Source: the human T2T-CHM13v2.0 reference genome, Homo sapiens. From it: a DNA stretch of 64,000 nt. Shown piece by piece: positions 26,291 to 38,520 of the stretch. Numbering within the stretch: position 1 is the stretch's first letter; each line of letters begins with the position of its first letter. The stretch lies in NCBI RefSeq assembly GCF_009914755.1, contig NC_060942.1. One strand, written 5' to 3'. Position numbers and translations under genes: made by a program. The notes below the pieces were generated by a model. That model ran no database searches and was not told the DNA's origin. It worked only from the letters and a program-made list of their open reading frames with translations.

Positions 26291-28221
26291 CTTGGTATGG
26301 TATAGCCTGATAGTAAAATTTGCTCAGTAAATATCACTGGAGGCTCTGGATTCTCTGTAAAGCAGCTTCAGTATTGAGACAAAATAGGGCAGGGAGATCA
26401 TTTGACCAATACCACTCAATCCTCTTATTAACATCCATGGTCTCAGAGCTGTGTGTCTAATGAAAACAAGACCCCACTGCTTAGATTGCTACTAGGGAAA
26501 GTGATAAGGTGGGCTTGTTGCTGACTACCCCCTCTCCCCACCAGCTCTATTTCACTACCACTGTGAATTAGTTACAGGCCAGATGAATTGGCCAAACACT
26601 ATCAGTGAGAATGTCATTGCTTCCAGGAATCCCAAGATGCTTTTTATGTTGCTTAGAGCACTGGGCATTTCACTTAAATATTAGGCAAAGCTGTAAATAA
26701 AAATGCCTGTTTATATGTGACATTATTCCTTCTGAATTTCCTAACTAAAAGAACAAGGATGACGACACCACTAAGTCCCTCACAGCAGCTTTATAAAGGG
26801 CAATCCAGTACCACTGCCAGCCAGAGATACTCAGGAGCATGAAATGTCACATCAAGGTGATTTCTTATTGGAAATAAAAAGTAGTAAGTAACCTGTGAAA
26901 AACTGCAGAAAAAGAGTCACATTTTTTTCTGACCAGTCAGAATGCAATCAGGGATGTGAAAAATAATAGTTTTGGGTTATATCCTGTAATCATGAGAGAT
27001 TCTGCCAATGTTCAATGGTTCCTAATAATACATGAAATTATTAGGGACCATTAGGTGTGGCTGAATGCACGTTTGTAAAGCACATTACAATGAATTGTCT
27101 AGATACCTGTCCTTCCCACTCGGCCATGAGCTCCTGGAGGGCCTCACATATAGGAGATGCAGGAAGAATGAAAGGAAGGAAAGAAAGAAAAATTTAAGTA
27201 ACTGCTGCAAGGGGCACAGTAGAGAAGTCCCTGGAAATCTTCATAGGAGCCCCTCTCCTGAGAATATAAAGGGCCATCTGACAGATGGAAGAAGAGGATT
27301 CTGGGAGGCGTAGAGGGGAGCAATGGGAGGCACATTATCAAAGGTAGCTACCTCTTTGGAAAAGGAGCTCAGAGATTTACACAGGCAGAGGCAATAGAAG
27401 ACCAAAAATACATATTTATGTTTAACTAACATCTGCTGCACCATCTTTTCAGGGCTTGCCCATTGATAACCAATTCCCCTGGATTTTCTGGATCTGGACA
27501 CTTCTCTCAGCAATTAGGCAGAGCAGTGACTGGAATCACCGGAGGTTGCCATGGAATCCCAGATCTGCCGTTTGCTAACTGTTGGCATTTCCTTGAACTT
27601 CCTTTCTTCAACTGAAAATAAAAATGATGATAACTCCCTGGGGATACTATTAATATTAAGTTTCCAAGGAAGTAACTGTTATAGTTTGTGGCACTCAGGC
27701 ACTCAATTAAAAAAAAAACACTATTGAATATGTGCTATATTATAGCAACCTCCTACTGCTATGGGCTGACAGCTGTCAGATTCTGTAACACACTTGGGGT
27801 GAGTGGGAAGATGGGTGGCCCAGAAGTGTTAAAAAATAGGAATTATTATAATAGAATACTTATTAAAATACCCATGTAGCACCATAGTTATCACTCAACA
27901 GGTATTATTGTAACTTCCTCAATTACAATAAATGATTATTGTCAACTACAATTTTTTAGGATCACAGAATGGGTGACTCAATGGATCAAAAAAATCCATG
28001 GGCACACAAAAGCTCTGTCTCTCCTATAATAATTCAGACCCAAATCTCACCAGTTTCATCTAGAATGAGCAAATAAAAGAAATATGCATAAGAAGACTCT
28101 CTCATCAATAAGTTCATTACTTAATTAAATTAACTCAAAGACCTGTTTAGAAGCACTGGGAAAGTGCAGCAAGGATCTGATGAAATAATGGGAGAATAAT
28201 TATGTTGAAAGCAATAAGAAG

Positions 28222-28440
28222 CAGTGGGTATACTGGAACTCACATGGGTACTGGAGAGCTGGAAAGGTGGGCTCCTAGTCAAGCCTTGCTCTCACTGGTT
28301 GTGTGACTGTAGGCAAGTTCCTCAACCTCACCAAGACTCAGTTTTTAATCTCTGTAGAATGGGCTCATTAATGCATACCCTGCAAAGCTGCAGGGAGAAT
28401 TAAATAAAATGAGGCCCATCAAGTCCCTGGCTCATAAGTA
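28222..28440 (+). mobile_element. MIR
   Basis: tgtgtgactgtaggcaagttcctcaacctc...ctcagtttt...ctgtagaatggg. Confidence 0.7.
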
Positions 28441-28639
28441 TTTGTTTTTCCTCCTCTTCAATTCCTCTTATAATAATATATCATGTTTATACCATATCAT
28501 CAATGATTAGCTTATTCCATTCATTAAAATATGGACTAAAAATATGTATTCTTACTTAGGGACAATGTATATTACTATACAGCAGGTAATTCATCCAAGA
28601 GAATTAAAGAGATCTGGCAATGGCCTCAACTGCCCTTCT

Positions 28640-28750
28640 ATGACACAAGCTTCTGGTGGGCAAGGAGCGTGTCTTACTCATCTTTATACCCCCTAAGGTT
28701 TCAAACACAGTGCTGGTCACATAGCAGGCTCGACAAGTGTTTGTGGACAC
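28640..28750 (+). mobile_element. L2 3' fragment
   Basis: gtgtcttactcatctttatacccc...cacagtgctggtcacatagcaggctc. Confidence 0.6.
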
Positions 28751-29419
28751 TGATCCATTTGTCTCAAAATATTCACAAGTTCTGTTCTATTAGTTCTGCA
28801 GGGCATTTCCAAAGTATATCATGGAGACCCTCAATATTTATAAGACATACTATGTTCAGTTATTCCCACCTTGAGTTTTTCAACCCTTGGGTTTCCAAAA
28901 GGATCTATGGAATTGAGAAATTTGAGAACCATGATGTCATTTACTTATTTTTTTCATGTTTTATGTCCTCCCAGTTGAGCAAGGCAGTGAGTGGAGCCAC
29001 CAGAAGTGTGATAGGATCCTAGATCTGCCATTTGTTATCTGTAATGTAGACAAGAAGCATCATTTCCTCAAACCTAGATTATTATGATGATGTTATCCAA
29101 ACTTACTGAATCTAAACAAAAGAGCTGGATCTATTATCCCAGGGATAATTGTAGTAGTTTCTCCTTCTAATTGTATTAAGCTTCACAGAGCCATTTGTAA
29201 CTATAAATGGAAAAGGTAGTGACTACAAGTATCTGAAATGTTCCCTCCAACTCAACTCACAAAAGAATACTTTTTTATTCTTGCTAGCTTTCCCAGACTT
29301 CTAAAATCCCCTGTACTACAGATTTATTCTCTTGGGGTTAAGGCATCGCCCGTCTGCCATCCTCTCATTTAATGTCAACCATCAGCTTCTTTGCTTATGA
29401 ATTTAAAAATAAAAGGTTG

Positions 29420-29995
29420 GTTCCTCAAAAGATTAAACATAAAATTACCATATGATCCAGCAATTCCACTCTTAGGCATATACCCAAATAATTGAAAGCA
29501 AGGATGCAAAAAGATACCCTTACACTAATGTTTATAGCAGCATTACTCACAGTAGTCAAAATGTGGAAGCAACTCAAGTGTCCATTGACAAACAAATGAA
29601 TAAACAAACTGGTGTAGACATACAATGGAATATTACTCGTTCATAAAAAGAAACTCTGATACGTGCTACAATGCAGATGAACCTGGAAAACATTATATTA
29701 AGTGAAATAAACCAAATGCAAAAAGACAAATATTTTATGATCCCACTTATATGAGATACATAGAATAGTCAAATTCATAGACAGAATGCAGAATGCTGTT
29801 GCCAGGGGCTAGGAGCAGGGGGGAATGGGGAGTTACTGTTTAGTGGGTACAGAGTTGAGAAGATGAAAAAGTTCTGGAAATCGTGGTGATGGTTGCAACA
29901 CATTGTAAATGCATTTCATGCCACTGAATTGTATACTTTTAAATGGTTAAAACAGTAAATTTTCTATTATGTATATTTTACCAATGAAAAAAACA
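29420..29995 (+). mobile_element. L1MB 3' end
   Basis: ttaccatatgatccagcaattccactc...ggtgatggttgcaac...gtatattttacca plus A tail. Confidence 0.88.
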
Positions 29996-31483
29996 ACAGG
30001 GGCTGGTCATGAGAACCCCCTCCACTTTCCATTGTATTCTAACTTTCTAGATAATTTATATATGGAAATTGCTCTTATGATGAAATTATTTTTGGTTGAT
30101 TGGCTACAATGATTAATTTTCAAATCCTAATAGGAAAATAAAAGAAATGAATTTACTCACCAAGTTCACCTCAACCTTAAAAGGGAGGGGTGAGAAATGA
30201 AGTCAGATGACCGAGACACTGATTCTTATCCTCAGAAACCACAGCTGTCACAGAGCGCTTTAATTTATTCATTGATTGGCTGTGAAAACCACAGCTAAAT
30301 GTCTGAGGTGCAACTTCTCACCCAGAAAGTTCAATTACATCATGTGAAGAAAAGTGAAGCAATTTTTTCTATTGAGGGGATAATGGCAAGGGGAATCTGT
30401 TTTAAAATGAATTTTGGAGCATAAGCAGAATGTGGGGAGTGAGACTCAGACTGAAAAACTGAGAATGCCAGTGAACAACCACCTCGTATCTGGAGGATGA
30501 AGGGGTTGTTTTATTTTGAAGGAAATTTCAGCAGACAATAGGAATGAGATCCAAGGAATTCAACTAACCATGGAACCTGAGGTTTTACTGCCTGGATAAT
30601 GCAGGCAACTGGCTGCTTGGGAGACTTAACACTGAATATTTCACAAATCCCATTTCAAAACATGTGTGTTAAGGTCACAATTTTGTGAAATGTCACATCT
30701 TCACTTCTTAGCACAAAGTTAAGAAGAGGTGGTTATTGGAAATAAAATGGGCCATAAATGGAAAGGAAAGTGAAAATTGCAGACTTCTGCCAATGTTTCG
30801 TACAGATACAGCCTGTCCAAAGGAAAAAATATTTGCAATGTTTCTCGTTAACACACTGTATCAGAAATCTCTGCTTCTTGCTGAATTCTTATGCCCTAAA
30901 TCACCTCTGCTAAGCTGGTTCCATTCCGACTCACTACTGGTTTTCTTCTCAATGAGTAATGTTAATTGGCCTCCTCTGAAAGTAAGGGGGATGGCTGCAT
31001 TGATGAACAGCCTTATCTGTGGAGCACAGCCTCCCAGGACAGCCAGAAGAATTTGTAGTCTGTGCATTTGCAGCGTCAGCTGGGTTTTGCCTGGGCCTGA
31101 CTCCTCCACTTCACACAGGGCCATGTAAACAGCCTCACTCGCCATCACTCACCTTGAAAGTTTCCCACAGCCCATTTTTGTATGTCCACCTCCTCGATCA
31201 CAGACCATGCTGCAGTCCATTTGTTTTTTTCCACAGGTTCTCTCCTTTTGGAGGCTGCACATATATTTTTGGACAGAAATGGCTCCATTTTCCTTATTCT
31301 TGTTTTCTCTCTCTCGGCAACTTTTGCAATGGCTGCAGTGACAATGTTTATCTCGGGCCTCCCTGTTCATAAAAAGAGGCCCCCATTCCAGCCTGCTAAA
31401 AGCAGAAAGAAATCTCAACTTTCCCTACCTGATTTAGCCTTTTACGAGTTTTGGAACACAAGTTTGGAGTAAAAGAGAGTTGG

Positions 31484-31789
31484 GGCCAGGTGCAGTGACT
31501 CACGCCTGTAATCCCAGCATCCTGGGAGGCGAAGGTGGGCCAATCATTTGAGGTCAGAGGTTCGAGACCAGCCTGGCCAACATGGCAAAACCCCATCTCT
31601 ACTAAAAATACAAAATAAATTAGCCAGGTGTGGTGGTGCATGACTGTAATCTCAGCTACTTGGGAGGCTGAGGCAGGAGAATCACTTAAACCTGGGAGAC
31701 AGAGGTTTCAGTGAGCTGAGATCTCGCCACTGGACTCCAGCCTGGGCAACAAGCAAGACCCTGTCTCAAAAAAAAAAAAAAAAAAAAAA
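31484..31789 (+). mobile_element. AluS (Sx/Sz-like)
   Basis: Full dimer with poly-A tail, inserted in a MIR remnant. Confidence 0.93.
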
Positions 31790-32575
31790 GAGTTATTTGG
31801 CTTCCCATTCCATCGTTTACTACTTGCCTCTGTCAAGTTCTTTAAACTCGCTATGCTTCAATATCCCTTTCCTATGAGATTAGTAAGACCTATCTCAAAT
31901 AATTGTTGTAAGAATGTAATAAAATGGCATATGTCAAACTGCCAAAACCAGCTTAATATCTAAATGGTAGTTCAACCTCCTTATCAGTGGAGGCCTGTCG
32001 GTACATTGCTTGCCTTAGCAATTATATGAAAGATTTTGTTATCATTTGGTTTTCCATTTTGTTTCATTTTTAGTTGTTTAATTAAAGCCTTACATATCTC
32101 AAAAATATGTGTATGTATAAGGTATGAAGAATAACAACACAATGACTCATTAACCAGTTTAAGGACAAGAGAGTAACTATTACCTGTGAAGCATCTTGAG
32201 TCCCCTCATTTCATCCCCTCTCAGATAAACAATTATTTTTAATTTGAGGATCAACTCCCTTGCTTCTTTGTTTATACTTTTAACTTCATATTTGTATTCC
32301 TATGCACTATGACTAAATTAGCAATTTAAAATATTACATAATTGTAATCATACTGTGAGTAGTCATCTGAAATTTGCTTTATTCATTCAGTATTAGGTGT
32401 CATCTGCATTGCTGTGTGCAACTGTGATTCATTTGTTGCCACTGCTTTATAGTATTCTATCACACGAATATACCACAATTTCTTTAACCTTTCTACTGTC
32501 AGTGGAAATGATATTTTCTCCCAGATTTTTGATCTTACAGGGCTGTTATGAACAGTGTTACATGGGTCTTCCACT

Positions 32576-32598
32576 ACACACACACACACACACACACA
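32576..32598. repeat. (AC)11 microsatellite
   Basis: Read directly from the sequence. Confidence 0.9.
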
Positions 32599-32894
32599 TT
32601 TCTCCAAGGGATATCCTCAGAATGGAATGCCTAGATTATTGGATATGCATCTTTTCAAATTCACTCTAAATATTGCTAATTATTTTCTAAGTAGTTATAA
32701 GAATTCACAAATCCACAAACTGTATACAAGCAGTATATGTTCGAGTTGTCCCACATTCTCATCAAAATTTAACCTTTGTCTTATCTAAGAAATCTTACAA
32801 CAAGTTCATAAAAATATTTTCCTACTTTGTCTTCTAAAAGTTTAATGATTTTGTCTTCTACCTGTAAGTGTTTACTCCACCCAAAATGGATTGT

Positions 32895-33140
32895 TAGGTA
32901 GTGTGCATATATTTACGGGGTACATGAGATATTTTGATTCAGGTATACAATGCATAATAATCACACCAGGGTAAATGGGGTATCCATCACCTCAAGCACT
33001 TATCCTTTCTTTGTGTTGCAAACAATCCAATTATACTCTTTTAGTTATTCTAAAATGTACAATAAATTATTGTTGACTGTAGTCACTCTGTTGTACTATC
33101 AAATACTAGATTTTATCCATTCTATCTAATTATATTGTTG
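32895..33140 (-). mobile_element. L1MA 3' end fragment
   Basis: tatttacggggtacatgagatattttgat...aatggggtatccatcacctcaagca. Confidence 0.8.
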
Positions 33141-33759
33141 TCATTGTCATAATTCTTGATACGTTTCTGGGAGAGCAAAGCACTCGACTTGTTCTTTGGC
33201 AGTGTGTCAGCTATTCTTGGTCCTCTGCTCTTTGCCATAAATCACCAAATCAGCTCATCTAGTTGAAACAAAAAAAAATCCAAAACTTGTTGTTTTATGT
33301 AGAACTGCAATGTCAAAAGATAAATTTGGGAAGAATTGACTTCTTTGCTAACTTGTTCTTTTCCTCTCATTTAACAGTAAATTCTTCACTAACTGGCATC
33401 TTCTTAAATGTGTTTCAATCGTTTAATAATTTTGTCCATAAAGATCTTGCTCTTCCTTTAAGAATTTTCTTCCTGGGGACTTCACATATTTATACTGCTA
33501 TCATAAATGATATCCTTTATTAAATTATATTTTCTGAATGTTTATGGCTGATGTATAAAAATCTGTTAAGTTTTTGTATGTTGATTTTGTATCAGGCAAT
33601 CTTTCTAAGCTCCAATTAATTATAATAATTTATTATAGATTATTTTTGGGTTTTCAATATATGTAACCATAACATCTGCATAAAAAGAAAATTGTGTCGT
33701 TTCAAAATAGTGGTCTGGCTAGGGCCTCCACCATTGTTTTCTTCCTGATTTAAAGGGAA

Positions 33760-34530
33760 TACAACTGTTGCTATTGTTCATAGACACTGTGTGTGTAAAT
33801 TTACCTACTTGCTGAAACTTTTTCATGACCCAAAAATCAATACCCACAGCACTTTTGGGGTCATTTGTGGACCTGGAAGCGTGCAGAGCAAGGGAAACAT
33901 TTGAGTCATCTGACACACGAGTTCCCAGCTGAAGATGAACAAGGCCACACTCTGCCTTCCTGTTTCAGCTCTGGTATGGTAACCAAGTGATATGGTTTGG
34001 CTGTGTCCCCACCCAAATCTCATCTTGAATTGTAGCTCCTATAATCCCCAAGTTCCTGGGAGGGACCCAGTGGGATGTAATTGAATCATGGGGGCAGGTA
34101 TTTTTCCCATGCTGTTTTCATGATAGTGAATAAGTCTCAGGAGAACTGATGGTTTTCTAAAGGGCAGTTCCCCTGCACACACTCTATTACCTGCCACCAT
34201 GTAAGACATGCCCTTGCTCCTCCTTCATCTTCCACCATGATTGTGAGGCCTCCCCAGCCATGTGGAGCTGTGAGTCCATTAGACCTCTTTTTCTTTATAA
34301 ATTACCGAGTTTTGGGTATTTCTTCATAGCAGTGTAAAAATGGACTGATACACCAAGGGTCCTCCTCGAGTTCTGCTTAGTGCTGCATTTTTGGGTTTTT
34401 TGTTAGTGATTCTGCTGCTTAAAACGTTCCCCCACACGTGGTGCTGAAACACTGTCTGGTGTTCTCAGTGCAAGATACTGGGATGTGCCTCATGGAGAAA
34501 ATACATGTGTTAGAGAAGCCTGGTTCAGGC
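33760..34530 (+). mobile_element. TcMar-Tigger family DNA transposon fragment split by THE1
   Basis: cccaaaaatcaatac...gttcccagctga...gatgtgcctcatggagaaaatacatgtgttaga. Confidence 0.65.
33988..34352 (+). mobile_element. THE1C-like MaLR solo LTR
   Basis: tgatatggtttggctgtgtccccacccaaatctc...ggactgataca; perfect TSD ccaag at 33983-33987 and 34353-34357. Confidence 0.93.
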
Positions 34531-34635
34531 TCACTTTTCTCTTTCTATTTCTGTGTAAATTATATTTTCACAGGAACATGTCTATTTTATCTAAGTTTTC
34601 AATAGAGTATAATAAAGTTTTTCATTATATTTTCT

Positions 34636-34942
34636 TTTCTTTTTTTTTTTTTTTTGAGATGGAGTCTCACTCTGTTGCCCAGGCCTGCATGCAGTGATGC
34701 GATCTCGGCTAACTGCAGACTCGGCCTCCCTGGTTCAAGCAATTCTCCTCCCTCAGCCTCCCAAGTAGAGTAGCTGGGACTACAGGTGCACACCACCATG
34801 CCCAGCTAATTTTTGTATTTTTAGTAGAGACAGGGTTTCACCATGTTGGCCAGGCTGGTCTTGAACTCCTGACCTCAGATGATCTGCCTGCCTCATCCTC
34901 CCAAAGTGCTGGGATTACAAGAGTGAGTTACTGCGCCCGGCC
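34636..34942 (-). mobile_element. AluS
   Basis: Full dimer, poly-T, TSD atattttct at 34627-34635 and 34943-34951. Confidence 0.93.
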
Positions 34943-34951
34943 ATATTTTCT

Positions 34952-35181
34952 GATTGATTGATTGATTGATTGAAACAGGGCTTTGCTTTGTTGCCCAGGT
35001 TGGAGTGCAATGATGCGATCTCTGCAGCCATGACCTTCTGGGCTCAAGCTATCCTCTCGCCTCAGCCTCGCACGTAGCTGGGACCGCCGGCACGTGCCAC
35101 CACGCCCGGCTAATTTTTGTATTTTTCCGGCTGATTTTTGTATTTTTTGTAGAGACGGGGTTCCGCCACGTTGCCCAAGCT
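34952..35181 (-). mobile_element. truncated AluJ-type element with (GATT)n tail, CpG-rich
   Basis: J-type right arm (gggctcaagctatcctc) plus partial left arm. Confidence 0.85.
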
Positions 35182-35951
35182 TATTTCCATGTATTTTAAA
35201 TGTTTAAAGCATCTATCATGAGGTCTCCTTTCGTATTGCTAGCATTGTACTTGTGCCTATCTCATGTATCCTCCATCAATGTGGTGAGAGACCTTTTGGA
35301 TTGTCTAATGAAGAACCCAGGAGCTCAATTTACCTGGCAATGCATGTAGCAGCGAATGAGCTGCTACTTTCTCAGTGCATGTTGCTATACCCCACCTCAG
35401 CTTCCCAGAGTACCTGGGCTCCTTCCCCAGTGGCCCAAATCCCACTTCTCCCAAGGTCAATGGATGCCAACTGCTGCTGTTCTCATATGACTCGTCATGC
35501 AGACTGCCCGCCCCTAAGTCCTCTATTTCCTGCACACTCAGTGTTTTTCTTACACTTGCAGTTACAAGACCCTAGAATAGCAGAGGTTCAGTATCTCCAG
35601 CCCAATCATCACATGATGTGCCAATTGCCTTCATCTCCCTGGCCATAACCAGTATTTCCAGCGGGTTTTCAATGATAACTCCTTTATAATCTTCTCTATT
35701 GTATGTTTTCTACTTTACTGGCATATACTCTTCTCTTTATCTTTTCCTTTCCTCTACTTTATTAGGGATTTATTCTGTTGATCTTTTCCTAATTCCTAGA
35801 TTAGACACCCAGCTTACTAATTTTAGGTCTTTCTTCTAATAGAAGTGTTTAAAACTAAAAACTTTCCCTCCAAGTAACATGTTAAATGTATGACACAAGT
35901 TTTGATGTGTGGTATTATTGCCATTCAATTCTATGGATTTTCTTTTTTCAG

Positions 35952-36325
35952 TCAGCTGATCTTAAAATAAACAGATGATCCTGGGCTGTCTACATAGGCC
36001 AAATCACAAGGTCTTTAAAAGTGGAAGCGGGAGGTGGACGAAGAGAACCAGAGAGATGGCAGCATGGGAAAGATTCAACCTCATGTTGCTGTCTCTGAAG
36101 GAGGAGGAAGTGGGCAGGAACAGTGGAATGTGGGCAGCCTCTGGTCGCTGGAAAAGGCAAGGCAATGGATTCTCTCCCAGAACCTCCAGAAAGGCCTACA
36201 GACCTGCCAATGTCCTGAGTTTAGTTCATTTTGGACTTTTGACCTTCAGAGATAATGAATTTGTGTTGTTGTAAGCCACTGAATTTGTGATAATGTGTTA
36301 CAGCAATCATAAGAAACTAAAATAC
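35952..36325 (+). mobile_element. MLT1D-like MaLR LTR fragment
   Basis: gctggaaaaggcaaggcaatggattctctcccagaacctccagaa...taagccactgaatttgtg...agaaactaa. Confidence 0.8.
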
Positions 36326-36909
36326 CATCTTATTTGCTGCTCTGTTTTGTCTGCCTGTTTCTTTCTCTCTGCTTTCTTGCTTTTCTTTTGAATGACCGTG
36401 TTTTAATCATTCCATTTTCTTCTGTTAGTTTGGAAGTTCTATATTCATTTAAATTCTTTTAGTGATTGCCAAAGACGTCTAAATTTATCTAAAGTCTAGA
36501 TTGTTCACTGTCTTTACACTTCTAAGAATAATATAAGGAACTTAAAACCACCATCTATCTATTGCCTTTCTCCTGAATTGTGTGCTACTGTTGAGCATTA
36601 TTTCAGTTTTATTCTAACCCCTAAAATTAAGCATTCTGGTTTTTCTTCTATATAATTAATAATTGTTTTATCTACCCAAATATTAACAATTTGCTTTTTA
36701 TTCCTTATTATACTTCAGATCACTTCCATATAAGATAAGATATATGCTTCCATATAAGATCCTTCCATGTAAGATCACTTTCCTATTGGCCAAAGTAAAT
36801 TTCTTAGAACTTCCTTTAGCCAAGGACCATTGTGGCAAACTCAGATGGTGTTTTTTTGGTTTGGGTTCTGTTTTCGTTTTTGTTTAAAATGTTTGTTTTG
36901 TCTTTGTTC

Positions 36910-37667
36910 TTCTTTTTCTATTTACAACTTTATTAGAGTGTAATTTAAGTACAACAAATTGTATATGTGTAAGGTGTACCATTCCATGAACTTAACAGAT
37001 ACAAAAACGCATGGAACCACCATCACAATGAAGACACAGAACATTTCCATCACTCCAAAAGCTTCTTCATGCCTCTCTGCAATCTATCCCTCCTTCCACC
37101 ACAGTGCCCAGGCAACCACCAATCTATTTACTATAACTATGGATTGGTTTCCTTTACCTAGAATTGTATATAAATTTAATAATTTAGTAAATAGCCTCTT
37201 ACATCTGGCTTATTTCACTCAGTATAATTATTTTGAGATTGATTCATGTTATTGCATTTATCAACAGTTGGTTTCTTTTTACCTCTGAGTGGTATCCAAT
37301 TGTATGAATCTGCCACAATGTATACATATCTTCACTTGTTGATAAAGGTTGGGTTGTATCTAGTTTTGGGGCTGTTATAAATTTGCTATGGACATTTATG
37401 CACAAGTCTTTGTGTAAGCACATGTTTTCATTTCTCTTGGATAAATACTTAAGAATGCAATGACATAGGGTAAGTATCTATTGAACTATTTAAGAACTAT
37501 CAAATTGTTTTCTAGAATGTTGGTGCCATTTACATTCCCATCAATAATTCCAGTTGCCCAACATTTTTGTCAACATTGGTACTGTCTTTTCAAAAAAAGT
37601 TAGCCCTTCTAATAGCTGCGTAATGATATCTAATTTTGGTTTTAATTTGTATTACTTAGATGACTAA
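36910..37667 (-). mobile_element. L1MB-like 3' end
   Basis: acaactttattaga...aacatttccatcactcc...ggttttaatttgtatt. Confidence 0.75.
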
Positions 37668-37860
37668 TGTAAGCAGCCTCTAAGATGGCCCTCAGTGATT
37701 CCCACCTCCTGGTATTCATGACCTTGTATAATGAACTGCACTTAACGAGTAGAATACTGAACAACTAACAGGGTATCACTTCTGCAATTAGGTTACAAAG
37801 AGACTGTGGCTTCCATCTTGGGCTGCCTCTCTCCCTCTCTCTAGAAAGCAAACTGTCATA
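37668..37860 (+). mobile_element. MLT1F-like LTR 5' fragment
   Basis: tgtaagcagcctctaagatggccctcagtgattcccacctcctggtattcatg. Confidence 0.75.
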
Positions 37861-38130
37861 AAAAATTATCAAACATGACTGTTTCATTTCTTTTCTCAAT
37901 TCCATTTTTTTTTTCACCTCACTTTCAGGAACTCAAATGAGATGTATCTAGAATTTCTTACTCTAGCTTGTATGTATCTTAACTTTTCTTACATATTTTC
38001 AATCTCTTTGCTTCTCTGTGCTGCTTTTGGGGCAATTTCTATGAATCTTTCTTCTAGTTTACCATTCTCTCTCCAGTTGTGTTTACTCTGCTGTGAAACT
38101 CAGTGTTTTAATTATAAGGACTTTCATCTC

Positions 38131-38520
38131 TGTTAAAAGAAAAACCTTAGACAAATTAAATTTAACAGAGTTTAATTGAGCAGAAAACAATTCATGAATT
38201 GGGCAGCCCCCAAACCAGAATAGGTTCAGAGAGGCTCCAATCCTGCTGCATGCTCAAAGAAGATTTACGGACAGAAAAAGAGAAGTGGCAGACAGAAAAA
38301 GAGAATTGACATATAGAAAATGGAAGTGAGGTACAGAAACAGCCTATTGGTTATAGTTTAGCATTTGCCTTATTTGAATATGGCTTTTAACAGTTGGCCA
38401 CCTTTGATGGTTGAAACTCAGTGATTGGCATAAGAGTACATTATGGCCTGTTTACACATCCAGTTAGGTTACAGTTCACTGTATACAGAGAAATCTTTAG
38501 GCTGAACTTTTAAACTTTAA
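38131..38520 (-). mobile_element. MER57 (ERV1) solo LTR
   Basis: tgttaaaagaaaaaccttagacaaattaaatttaacagagtttaattgagc...ccagttaggttacagttcact. Confidence 0.85.

Noticed and set aside
34249-34261. PRDM9 13-mer position in the THE1 LTR
   Set aside because: Reads cctccccagccat, the non-hot consensus form, rather than CCTCCCTNNCCAC
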